From Eubacteriales bacterium (GTDB lineage Bacteria; Bacillota; Clostridia; Oscillospirales; CAG-272), in the NCBI GenBank assembly GCA_045587445.1, contig JAZNCH010000065.1:1416-65415 (forward strand): a stretch of DNA of 64,000 bases, given 5' to 3'. Shown piece after piece: positions 1 through 9,111 of this stretch; within the stretch, counting starts at the first letter, position 1, and the number at the start of each line of letters is the position of its first letter. The translations under genes were made by a program, and so were the position numbers. Under the pieces are notes generated by a model. It did no database searches, was not told the origin of the DNA, and saw only the letters and a program-made list of their open reading frames with translations.

Positions 1-63
1 AAACACTATGTTTGTTATAAATCCAATAATAAATAAGCTTGCCGGATATTTTCTATTGTTCAT
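1..63 (-). CDS. 5' part of a hypothetical, probably membrane, protein (runs off the window edge)
   Basis: AAGGAG RBS then ATG at 63: MNNRKYPASLFIIGFITNIVF..., open to the window edge. Confidence 0.5.
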   Translation of the reverse strand, partial: MNNRKYPASLFIIGFITNIVF

Positions 64-75
64 AATTAAATCTCC

Positions 76-834
76 TTATATTTTCAATTCAATAAAAAGT
101 CCGTAGTGGTCTGACGGATATTTTCCGTCAACCGTTTCCGTCATTATCTTTTGATATACAGGTGTAACATTTTCATCAATAAAACAAAAATCTACATGCG
201 AATCGGGGTGCTTTTCGGGAACATATCCATGATATGTCGTTCCCTCTTCTTTAGAAGTAACCGCGTTTACGTCAACGAAGTGCTTTACCATTTCAGCGTA
301 ACCCGCATCCTTGGAAGTCATATTAAAATCACCGGTTACAAACGTGGGATAGTCGGATATTTTTTTGCTGTATTCATATATAAGCTTTGCGCTTGCCACC
401 TGACCGGCATCGCCGAAACCGAAATGGGTGTTCATAAATGCAAAACATTTACCCGACTTTTTATCGTGCAAAATAACGTAAGAGCAAATTCTGTTCCTGT
501 GATACTTTTCGTCCCAACCGCCCGACATTTCCTCGGGTGTATCGGAAAGCCAAAAGGTTCCCCTCTTCAAACAGTCAAAACAACCTTTTTTCCAAAGTAT
601 CGGCACCGATTCTCCCCCCGGCACATTGTCGCTCGGCACACGATAAAACTCATATTCGTCTAAAAAGTATTTATCAAACTGCTCTTGCCAAGCATCGCGG
701 AATTCCTGCACACCTATAACGTCGGGATTATAGGGGGTGATAACCTTATGCAGTCTCGGCCCTCTTTCAGCAATAGAATGACCGTCGGGGTCATTTGCGC
801 ATCTGATGTTAAAACTGATTATTTTAAGTTCCAT
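76..834 (-). CDS. Endonuclease/exonuclease/phosphatase (EEP) family protein
   Basis: Motifs SFNIR, DVIGVQE, NTH, GDFN, SDH; ATG at 834 chosen from RBS spacing. Confidence 0.9.
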   Translation of the reverse strand: MELKIISFNIRCANDPDGHSIAERGPRLHKVITPYNPDVIGVQEFRDAWQEQFDKYFLDEYEFYRVPSDNVPGGESVPILWKKGCFDCLKRGTFWLSDTPEEMSGGWDEKYHRNRICSYVILHDKKSGKCFAFMNTHFGFGDAGQVASAKLIYEYSKKISDYPTFVTGDFNMTSKDAGYAEMVKHFVDVNAVTSKEEGTTYHGYVPEKHPDSHVDFCFIDENVTPVYQKIMTETVDGKYPSDHYGLFIELKI

Positions 835-896
835 AACCACACCTCATTCAAAACTCTCCTTTTTATTCCAATATATTATGTATAGTTTCAGCAAAA

Positions 897-1706
897 TTAA
901 TTTTGCAAGATTTTCAGTATTTCACCCGCATCTTCCATTACGATATGGGGCTTATCTTCCGACTTCTCCAAAATTTCCTTTGTAGTCTCCCCACTCATAA
1001 CGAGTATAGTCAACACCCCCGCATTGAGACCGCTTTTTATATCAGTATATATTCTGTCGCCGATAACTGCTGTTTCGTTCTTTTCAGCACCCGCCTTTTC
1101 CATAGCAAGTATGGGCATTAAAGGTTCAGGTTTGCCTATAAAAACAGGTCTTCTGCCCGAAACGTTGTAAAGCATATCGCACACGCTTCCGCAGTCGGGA
1201 ACGCTTCCGAATTCTGTCGGGCATACGTAGTCGGGATTAGTAGCAATATAGAGTATATCCTTTCTCGTGCAAAGCATATACGAAATGTCGTGGAGCTTTT
1301 TAAAGTTAAGCTCGGTATCAAAGCCCATAACTATGCAGTCGGTTTTTGCTACGTCATCGGTGATAGAAAATCCATTCTCTCTGAGTTCGGTTTTCAGGGA
1401 CTCCGTACCGCACACGTAAAGCAAACTGTTTGCATAATGTTTCTTTAAATAATATGCCGTTGCCTGCGATGATGTTATAAAATCGTCGTGTTCGGCTTCT
1501 ATCCCCAATTTCGACATTTTTTCTATGTAAGCCTTAACACTCTTGGAAGAATTATTTGTCATAAACAAATATCTTCCGCCGTTCGCCTTAATAGACTGCA
1601 AAAGACGAGGCGTAAATTCATAGAGTCTATCGCCAAGATAAAGTGTGCCGTCCATATCAAACAAAAACAGCTTTATTCTTTTTACTTTGTCATAAATTTC
1701 CGTCAT
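897..1706 (-). CDS. HAD-IIA family hydrolase (NagD-like)
   Basis: FDMDGTL, TNNS, GKP, IGDRIYTDI motifs. Confidence 0.9.
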   Translation of the reverse strand: MTEIYDKVKRIKLFLFDMDGTLYLGDRLYEFTPRLLQSIKANGGRYLFMTNNSSKSVKAYIEKMSKLGIEAEHDDFITSSQATAYYLKKHYANSLLYVCGTESLKTELRENGFSITDDVAKTDCIVMGFDTELNFKKLHDISYMLCTRKDILYIATNPDYVCPTEFGSVPDCGSVCDMLYNVSGRRPVFIGKPEPLMPILAMEKAGAEKNETAVIGDRIYTDIKSGLNAGVLTILVMSGETTKEILEKSEDKPHIVMEDAGEILKILQN

Positions 1707-2117
1707 ATCATTAATACCTATATTTTTATTATATATTTTTAGAGGCAACAATCTTTCAGCCGTATATATTATCGCATATTACTTGCCCAATTTCAATAGG
1801 CACCGAAACTTTTTTTGATTTTATAAGCTCCGTAACCTCAAATGTTTTTATCTTTGTGTATGGGAAAATCGGTTTTAACACTCACAATAGTGCTTTCTCT
1901 GTTAACAATATAGAAATTTTTCATTTTTAGATAATCGCATTAAATTTTCCTCCCCTCAAAAAAATTAAGGTTAAAGACTTATAATAAAACTAAAAACTTT
2001 TAAAATATATAAATATAGACAATACATCTTGATTTTTCACAAAAATATGTTACAATGAACATAATGGTAATTTTTAAAACAATTATATTTTAATAAAACT
2101 GAAAGGACATAAACATT

Positions 2118-3353
2118 ATGTTAAAAGGAAATGCTATTGTAGGTCAGTCAGGCGGTCCTACTGCCGCAATTAACGCAACTTTGGCAGGCGTTATCAAGGG
2201 TGCGTTTGATTCTGAAGCTATTGACGTTATTTACGGAGCGCACAACGGTGTTGAAGGTATGCTTGAGGGCAGAATTACAAACCTCAATGAAGTTTTTAAA
2301 ACAGAAATGGACTTGAAGCTTTTGGCATCTACTCCTGCGGCAGCTCTCGGCTCGTGCAGACGTAAGCTTCCCAAGATGGGAGACGACGATGCAGTATACG
2401 AAAAGCTCTTCGATTTCTTTAAGGCAAACAATATCCATTATTTCTTCTATATAGGCGGAAACGATTCTATGGATACCGTTGCAAAGGTTTCGGCTTATGC
2501 TGAAGCTCACAACTACGAAATAAAGGTTATGGGTGTACCGAAGACAATAGACAACGACGTTGTGGGAACTGACCACACCCCCGGTTACGGCTCTGCGGCT
2601 AAATATATCGCAACGTCTATGCAGGAAATTCTCCGCGACTGTGCAGTATATACAGTTAAGGCTGTTACAATCGTTGAAATTATGGGTAGAGATGCAGGTT
2701 GGCTTACCGTTGCGGCAGGTCTTCCCCGCGTAATTAACGGAATCGGTCCCGACTACATCTACCTCCCCGAAAGAGATTTTGATACTGATAAATTTATTGA
2801 AGACGTAAAGAAAGCACTTGAAAAGCACCCGAACGTTGTAATCGCAGTATCCGAAGGTCTCCGAGGTGCCGACGGCAAGTACGTTGGCGAATCCACACAA
2901 AGCGGAGCTACCGACGTATTCGGTCATAAGTATCTTTCGGGAACAGGCAAATGCCTCGAGCTTCTCGTAAAAGAAAAGATTGGCTGTAAGGTTCGCTCAA
3001 TCGAGCTTAACCTCCTCCAGAGATGTGCTTCACACTGTGCTTCAAAGGCAGATATTGACGAATCGCTTATGGTCGGTGCTGCCGCAGTAAAGAACGCCAC
3101 TGCAGGTGTAACAGGAAAGATGATGTGTTTTGCACGCACCTCCGATTCTCCCTACACCGTTGAACCCACCTATGCTGACATAGAAAAGATTGCAAATCAG
3201 GTTAAAGAAGTTCCCGACGAATTTATTAACACTGAGGGCAACGACGTAACCGACGCTTGTCTTGAATACATCAAACCTCTTATTGAGGGCGAAGCAGAAG
3301 TATTCTGGAAGAACGGACTTCCTCAGCATTTCGCAATTAACTACAAAGGCTAA
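2118..3353 (+). CDS. pfp: Pyrophosphate-dependent 6-phosphofructokinase
   Basis: QSGG, GGNDS (Asp) and PKTIDND (Lys) signatures of PPi-type Pfk; EIMGR. Confidence 0.85.
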   Translation: MLKGNAIVGQSGGPTAAINATLAGVIKGAFDSEAIDVIYGAHNGVEGMLEGRITNLNEVFKTEMDLKLLASTPAAALGSCRRKLPKMGDDDAVYEKLFDFFKANNIHYFFYIGGNDSMDTVAKVSAYAEAHNYEIKVMGVPKTIDNDVVGTDHTPGYGSAAKYIATSMQEILRDCAVYTVKAVTIVEIMGRDAGWLTVAAGLPRVINGIGPDYIYLPERDFDTDKFIEDVKKALEKHPNVVIAVSEGLRGADGKYVGESTQSGATDVFGHKYLSGTGKCLELLVKEKIGCKVRSIELNLLQRCASHCASKADIDESLMVGAAAVKNATAGVTGKMMCFARTSDSPYTVEPTYADIEKIANQVKEVPDEFINTEGNDVTDACLEYIKPLIEGEAEVFWKNGLPQHFAINYKG

Positions 3354-3360
3354 TAACATC

Positions 3361-3402
3361 GGGATATAGGGTTTCGCCCTGTATCCCATTTTTATTTTTT
3401 TT
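3361..3402 (+). terminator. Intrinsic terminator after pfp
   Basis: GGGATATAGGG-tttcg-CCCTGTATCCC hairpin plus T tract. Confidence 0.8.
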
Positions 3403-3470
3403 GCATATTTTTTATAAAAAAACAAACACTACTCCTACAGTAAAATATTTTATAAAAAAGGAGTAAATAT

Positions 3471-3665
3471 ATGCAAAACAAAACAATGTCCAACAAAAGC
3501 ATGAAGATTGCCTCGGGAATAATCGCGGGAAGTATAGCGGCAACAGCGATAGGGGTAGCACTTACAACAACGAAAAAGCCCAAATCAAAAATGCAGAAAA
3601 GCACAGCTCGCACGCTTAATACGATAAGCCACATTACACACAGCTTAGCAAATATAATAGGTTAA
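3471..3665 (+). CDS. Small basic membrane-anchored hypothetical protein (64 aa)
   Basis: AAGGAG RBS, one hydrophobic segment, own terminator (GCCGACTGTTT...AAACAGTCGGC-T5, 3672-3709). Confidence 0.75.
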   Translation: MQNKTMSNKSMKIASGIIAGSIAATAIGVALTTTKKPKSKMQKSTARTLNTISHITHSLANIIG

Positions 3666-3907
3666 AATTATGCCGACTGTTTAAAAAGGAGCGAAACAGT
3701 CGGCTTTTTCATATATTAAAATATGTCCTCCCAATTTCTTCCACAGAAAGCTTAGCAAAAACCAACAGAACTTCTTTGTATAAATATGTTTTTTCTTGGA
3801 GGCAATGCTCTCGTCGCCCTCTACAATGTTAATTAACATTTAAAAAAAGTTGTCTCATTTTCTATCCCCTGTTATAGCATTTATCAATAAAAATTCCATT
3901 TTATGTA

Positions 3908-3936
3908 TTGACACTGCAACAAAATAGGTATATAAT
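3908..3936 (+). promoter_or_regulatory. SigA promoter of serC-serA
   Basis: TTGACA-N17-TATAAT. Confidence 0.8.
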
Positions 3937-3979
3937 GTAATTTGATTTTATTATTTTACTAAGGAGTGTTTTTAAGAAA

Positions 3980-5068
3980 ATGAAAAGAGTTTACAATTTC
4001 TCTGCAGGGCCGTCTATGTTGCCTATGCCCGTACTCGAAAAGTGTGCAAATGAAATGGTATGTTACGGCGAATCAGGCATGTCAGTTATGGAGATGAGCC
4101 ACCGTTCTCCAGTATACGAGGAGATCATAGCAGGAACAGAATCACTCCTGCGTGAAGTAATGAACATACCGGAAAACTATAAGGTTTTGTTTATGCAGGG
4201 CGGAGCATCGACACAGTTCTCTGCTGTTCCGCTTAACCTTATGACAGGTTCGGGCAAGGCTGACTACGTTGTATCCGGTCAGTTTTCCAAGAAAGCATTT
4301 CAGGAAGCAAAAAAATTCGGCGACGTTGTATGCGTAACTTCTTCGGAAGATAAAAACAATTCTTATATCCCCGTTTTCAAAAAAGAAGATATTCGTCCCG
4401 ACGCCGATTACGTACACATTTGCTTCAACAATACAATTTACGGTACAAAGTATTACTACATTCCCGATACCGGCGACATTCCCTTGGTTGCGGATATGTC
4501 ATCTTGCATTCTCTCCGAGCCGGTTGACGTAACGAAGTTCGGTATGATTTACGCAGGCGCTCAGAAGAATATGGCTCCCGCAGGACTTACCGTTGTAATT
4601 ATACGCGAAGACCTTCTCGGCAAGGAAAGAGACATTACCCCCGTAATGCTCAACTACAAGATTATTGCAGACAATGATTCTATGTACAATACACCTCCGT
4701 GCTATCCCATTTACGTATGCAAGCTCGTACTTGAATGGATAAAGGATATGGGCGGACTTGAGGTTATGAAAGAGAAGAATATTAAGAAAGCAAAGGTTCT
4801 TTACGACTACCTCGATTCTCAGGATTATTATATAGCCCCCGTCGAAAAGCAGAGCCGTTCTATGATGAACGTTACTTTCGTAACAGGCGATGCCGACCTC
4901 GACAAGAAGTTTGCAAAGGAAGCAGATGCAAAGGGCTTTAAGAACATAAAGGGACACCGTTCCGTAGGCGGTATGCGTGCTTCTATCTATAACGCAATGC
5001 CCTATGAAGGCGTAGCAGACCTCGTAGAATTTATGAAAGAATTTGCAAAAAACAATCCCAAAGGTTAA
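3980..5068 (+). CDS. serC: Phosphoserine aminotransferase
   Basis: YNFSAGP, EMSHRS, GAQKN, YNTPP, GHRSVGGMRASIYNA. Confidence 0.97.
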   Translation: MKRVYNFSAGPSMLPMPVLEKCANEMVCYGESGMSVMEMSHRSPVYEEIIAGTESLLREVMNIPENYKVLFMQGGASTQFSAVPLNLMTGSGKADYVVSGQFSKKAFQEAKKFGDVVCVTSSEDKNNSYIPVFKKEDIRPDADYVHICFNNTIYGTKYYYIPDTGDIPLVADMSSCILSEPVDVTKFGMIYAGAQKNMAPAGLTVVIIREDLLGKERDITPVMLNYKIIADNDSMYNTPPCYPIYVCKLVLEWIKDMGGLEVMKEKNIKKAKVLYDYLDSQDYYIAPVEKQSRSMMNVTFVTGDADLDKKFAKEADAKGFKNIKGHRSVGGMRASIYNAMPYEGVADLVEFMKEFAKNNPKG

Positions 5069-5089
5069 TTTACTATTAAGGTGAAGAAA

Positions 5090-6229
5090 ATGAAGAATAT
5101 TCAGTTATTAAATAAGATTGCTCCCTGCGGCACAGCCCTTTTTGATAAGGCTGAATATGCCGTTGAAGAGAACATAGAAAATCCCGATGCTATAATGGTA
5201 CGTTCTGCCGTTATGCACGAAATGGAGTTTGGTTCTAACCTCAAGGCTATCGCAAGAGCGGGTGCGGGTGTAAACAATATCCCCCTTGATAAATGTGCTG
5301 AACAGGGTATCGTTGTTTTCAATACCCCCGGAGCTAACGCAAATGCGGTAAAGGAACTTGCAGTATGTGCGCTTATGCTTGCATCGCGTGATATTATAGG
5401 CGGTGTTGAATGGGCAAACAGTCTCGTTGGTACTGAAAACATTGCAAAGCAGGTTGAAAAGGGCAAGTCAAAGTTCGGTGGAGTTGAAATTGTCGGCAAG
5501 ACTTTGGGTATAATCGGTCTCGGTGCTATCGGCGGTATGCTTGCAAACGCGGCTGAAAGCCTTGGTATGAAAGTTATCGGCTGCGACCCCTACCTCAGCG
5601 TTGATGCAGCTTGGCATATCCACGAGGGTGTTGAAAGAGTTGCGACTTTTGAAGACGTGTTCAAAAATTCGGATTACATAAGCGTACACGTTCCCGCTAC
5701 TGCAGAAACGAAAGGTTTTCTTAATACAAACTCCTTTGGTATGATGAAGGACGGCGTAAGAATTCTTAACCTCGCAAGAGCAGACCTCGTAAACACAGAC
5801 GACCTTAAGGCAGCTATTGAAAGCGGTAAGGTTGCATCTTACGTAACAGACTTTCCGACAGAAGAGACTGTTGGCGTTAAGGGGATAATAGCTATTCCCC
5901 ACCTTGGTGCATCTACCGAAGAAGCGGAAGACAACTGTGCCGTTATGGCAGCAAAAGAGCTTATTGATTACCTCGAAAACGGTAACATCAAAAACAGCGT
6001 AAACTACCCTGCTGTTTCATCTCCAAGAAGCCACGCGAACAGAGTATGCGTTCTTCACGCAAATGTAGACGGTCTTTTCTCGAAGATTACATCTCTCTTT
6101 AAAGGCGACTTTATGACAAAATCGAGAGGTAACGTTGCATATACGATAGTAGATACGGACGACCTCCGTGATGATGCAGTTGCAAAGGCAACAGCACTCG
6201 ACGGCGTATACAAAGTAAACGTTATATAA
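5090..6229 (+). CDS. serA: D-3-phosphoglycerate dehydrogenase
   Basis: ARAGAGVNNI, GLGAIG, PHLGAST, C-terminal ACT-like domain; follows serC. Confidence 0.93.
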   Translation: MKNIQLLNKIAPCGTALFDKAEYAVEENIENPDAIMVRSAVMHEMEFGSNLKAIARAGAGVNNIPLDKCAEQGIVVFNTPGANANAVKELAVCALMLASRDIIGGVEWANSLVGTENIAKQVEKGKSKFGGVEIVGKTLGIIGLGAIGGMLANAAESLGMKVIGCDPYLSVDAAWHIHEGVERVATFEDVFKNSDYISVHVPATAETKGFLNTNSFGMMKDGVRILNLARADLVNTDDLKAAIESGKVASYVTDFPTEETVGVKGIIAIPHLGASTEEAEDNCAVMAAKELIDYLENGNIKNSVNYPAVSSPRSHANRVCVLHANVDGLFSKITSLFKGDFMTKSRGNVAYTIVDTDDLRDDAVAKATALDGVYKVNVI

Positions 6230-6245
6230 CAATTAGAAATCAAAT

Positions 6246-6666
6246 GGGCGGATTTGAATTCCGCCCTACTTTCTTTGAGGAAGAAAGTAGCAAAGAACCT
6301 TGCCTCTCTTGGTTTCTGCCGTTTAATATTATTTCTACAAACACTACAGCTATATCGTAGGGCGAGGGCTTGCTCCCGCCGTTTTCTTTTGTAGAAAGTA
6401 GCAAAGAACCCTGCCTCTCTCGGTTTCTGCCGTTTAATATTATTTCTACAAACACTACAGCTATATCGTAGGGCGAGGGCTTGCTCCCGCCGTTTTCTTT
6501 TGTAGAAAGTAGCAAAGAACCCTGCCTCTCTCGGTTTGTGCGTACCCCAAGCCTCGCCCTTCGGGAGAGGTGGCGACGAAGCCGACGGAGAGAGCTTTTG
6601 AGGAAAGAAAGTAATCCCACTTTCTTTCGCAGAAAGCTTGGCAAAGAACTTTGCCTCTCTGGTTTG
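6246..6666. repeat. REP-like repeat cluster including a 111-bp tandem duplication
   Basis: AGAAAGTAGCAAAGAAC...TGCCTCTCT at 6282, 6393, 6504 (period 111) and a variant at 6631; GTAGGGCGAGGGCTTGCTCCCGCC twice. Confidence 0.9.
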
Positions 6667-6689
6667 CACAAATTATTATCTGTCTCCCA

Positions 6690-6720
6690 TTGACAAAATA
6701 TACTATGCGTGGTATAGTAT
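6690..6720 (+). promoter_or_regulatory. SigA promoter overlapped by a palindromic, putative PadR operator
   Basis: TTGACA-N17-TATAGT; ATACTAT-N7-ATAGTAT at 6700-6720. Confidence 0.7.
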
Positions 6721-6740
6721 TATACAAAGGGAGGTATGTT

Positions 6741-7061
6741 ATGGATATTCAGTTAAAAAGAGGACTTCTTGATATATGTGTTTTAGCGGCAATAAAAGAC
6801 GAAGAATCATACGGATACAAGATAATAAAGGATATAAAGCCCTACGTTGAAATATCCGAATCGACACTCTATCCTATTTTACGAAGACTTGAGACAGCCG
6901 AGCTTCTCAACGCACGTTCTGCCGAGCATAACGGCAGACTGAGAAAATATTATCGCATTACGAAACAAGGGCTAAAGCGCATAGACGAGTTTAAAGAAGA
7001 ATGGAAAGAAGTAATGTCTATCTACCAATTTGTAAACAAGGAGGCACACAATAATGAATAA
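6741..7061 (+). CDS. PadR family transcriptional regulator
   Basis: QLKRGLLD, YGY, ESTLYPILRRLE, RKYY motifs; GGAGG RBS. Confidence 0.93.
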   Translation: MDIQLKRGLLDICVLAAIKDEESYGYKIIKDIKPYVEISESTLYPILRRLETAELLNARSAEHNGRLRKYYRITKQGLKRIDEFKEEWKEVMSIYQFVNKEAHNNE

Positions 7062-7653
7062 GAATACATTTATAATAACTCTCCGCGAAAGGCTAAAGGG
7101 GTTGCCTTCGGAAGATATAGACAAATCTGTGGACTATTACTGTGAGCTTATTGAGGACAGAATTGAAGAGGGAGAATCGGAAGAGGAAGCGATAGCGGCT
7201 TTAGGTTCAATAGATGAGATAGTCCAAAAGATATTAGCAGACACACCTTTAACGAAGCTTGTAAAAACCAAAATAGAGCACAAAAACCAAACTTCGCTCT
7301 GGGTAATAATTCTCATAATTCTCGGTATTCCTGTGTGGGTTCCAATAATTATATCCCTTGCTGCAACAATATTCGCCTTATACATATCCCTTTGGGCAGT
7401 AGTTATTGCCGTATTTGCAGCTTGCGTAGGAATTGCGATATCCGGAATTGCGGGCATCGTTACTGCGATTATTTTTATTGCAAAAGGACTGTTTTTGTCA
7501 GGCGTTGCCCTTCTCGGCAGTTGTTTAGTACTTATAGGAATATGCATACTTCTTGCGATACTATCTCATTACTTTATTAAACTTACAGTATTTTTAACAA
7601 AAAAGACAGTTATGGGCATAAAAAAGCTTTTTATCGGAAAGGGGGAAAAATAA
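7054..7653 (+). CDS. DUF1700/HAAS-domain membrane protein
   Basis: N-terminal DYY..LIEDRIEEGESEEEAIAALG motif plus TM helices; typical PadR partner. Confidence 0.85.
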   Translation: MNKNTFIITLRERLKGLPSEDIDKSVDYYCELIEDRIEEGESEEEAIAALGSIDEIVQKILADTPLTKLVKTKIEHKNQTSLWVIILIILGIPVWVPIIISLAATIFALYISLWAVVIAVFAACVGIAISGIAGIVTAIIFIAKGLFLSGVALLGSCLVLIGICILLAILSHYFIKLTVFLTKKTVMGIKKLFIGKGEK

Positions 7654-7657
7654 TAAT

Positions 7658-8617
7658 ATGAAAAAAACAACAATCGCTTTAACAATTTCCGTAATATTAA
7701 TAATCGTAGGAATTGCCATTTTTTTAGGGTCTTTAATATCAGCCGATTTTGACTTTGGTAAAATAGGCACCGACAAAACTGTACCGATTAATTATGAAAC
7801 CGAGGGAGATTATTCGGATATTGAAGTTAAGACCATAGTAAGCTCCGTAAACTTTGCCTTGAGCGACGGAGAAAAAACCAGACTTGAAGGCAATACAAAC
7901 GGTAATATGACGTATACGTTGACTGTAGAAAACGGAAAATTGACCGTTACCGAAAAGGATACGAGAAAATGGTACGAACATATCGGCTTCTTTTTTGGCA
8001 CCTCGGAAATAACGGTATATCTTCCCCGTTCTGAGTTTTCAAGCCTTACCGCAAAGTCAAATACCGGCAGAATTTCCGTCCCCTCGGACTTTACCTTTGA
8101 ATATGCAGAGCTACGTTGCGACACCGGAAAAATTCAAATAAATTCTTCTGTAACAAAAAAACTTTCTGCCGTTACAGACACAGGAAAAATAGAGGTTAGC
8201 GATATTAGAGTAGGCGAATTACACATAGAAACTGACACGGGCAAAATAACAGTAAAAGATATTGAATCTTCGGAAAAAATTACCGCCATTGATAATACGG
8301 GAAATATTGAATTTAAGAATACAAAGTGCGTATCCCTTTCAGCAGAAAACGATACGGGTAGCATTTCCCTTACCGACTTTTTAGCAGAAAAACATATTGA
8401 GCTTGAGACAGATACGGGAAACGTTATATTAGAAAACGCAGATGCACAAACATTGGAAATAGATACAGATACAGGTAACGTAAGAGGAAACCTGCTGACT
8501 GACAAAATATTCTTTACAGAAACCGACACGGGAAAAGTAAACGTTCCCCGAACCACCTCGGGAGGAATATGCGAAATATCTACCGACACAGGTAATATAA
8601 ATATTACAATAGGATAA
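7658..8617 (+). CDS. DUF4097 family beta-strand repeat protein
   Basis: N-terminal TM helix and repeated T-D-T-G-x-I units. Confidence 0.85.
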   Translation: MKKTTIALTISVILIIVGIAIFLGSLISADFDFGKIGTDKTVPINYETEGDYSDIEVKTIVSSVNFALSDGEKTRLEGNTNGNMTYTLTVENGKLTVTEKDTRKWYEHIGFFFGTSEITVYLPRSEFSSLTAKSNTGRISVPSDFTFEYAELRCDTGKIQINSSVTKKLSAVTDTGKIEVSDIRVGELHIETDTGKITVKDIESSEKITAIDNTGNIEFKNTKCVSLSAENDTGSISLTDFLAEKHIELETDTGNVILENADAQTLEIDTDTGNVRGNLLTDKIFFTETDTGKVNVPRTTSGGICEISTDTGNINITIG

Positions 8618-8667
8618 GCTTAAATATACGCCGCCAAAAACGGCGTATATTTTTTACACAAAACCTA

Positions 8668-8724
8668 TTGACAAAACTGTCTATTGGTGATAGACTATAG
8701 GTGCAGTCTATTACCAATAGACAG
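8668..8724 (+). promoter_or_regulatory. SigA promoter with two putative BlaI operators
   Basis: TTGACA-N17-TAGACT; GTCTAT-N5-ATAGAC at 8679-8695 and 8706-8722. Confidence 0.8.
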
Positions 8725-8746
8725 CTTTTTGCGGAGGTATTATTAT

Positions 8747-9109
8747 ATGAATGAAATCAAACTTGGTATGGTCGAAGCTCATTTTGCGGATATAGTATGG
8801 CAAAACGCTCCCATTTCCACCAAAGAGCTTGTAACGTTATGCGAAAAAGAATTGAAGTGGAAGCGTACTACTACATATACGGTATTAAAAAAGCTATGCG
8901 AAAGAGGTATTTTTTCTATGGAAAACAGCATAGTGAATATTATTATTTCCAGAGACGATTTTTACGCAATACAAAGCGAAAAATTTGTAGAGGAGACTTT
9001 TAGCGGTTCTCTTCCGGCGTTTATTGCCGCATTCAGTTCAAGAAAAAAGCCGTCGCAGGAGGAAATAAAGGAATTACGCCGTTTGATTAATTCGTTTGAG
9101 GAGGAATAA
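8747..9109 (+). CDS. BlaI/MecI/CopY family repressor
   Basis: W...TTYTVLKKLCERG winged helix; FSGSLPAFIAAF dimerisation helix. Confidence 0.92.
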   Translation: MNEIKLGMVEAHFADIVWQNAPISTKELVTLCEKELKWKRTTTYTVLKKLCERGIFSMENSIVNIIISRDDFYAIQSEKFVEETFSGSLPAFIAAFSSRKKPSQEEIKELRRLINSFEEE

Positions 9110-9111
9110 GT

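Noticed and set aside
6282-6666. CRISPR array
   Set aside because: The first two 'spacers' are identical and about 77 bp long, the motif is dispersed elsewhere in the window, and no cas genes are present
6055-6727. Minus-strand ORFs of 204, 143 and 88 aa
   Set aside because: They are open only because the 111-bp repeat is a multiple of 3 and poor in stops; no RBS; the longest overlaps serA antisense
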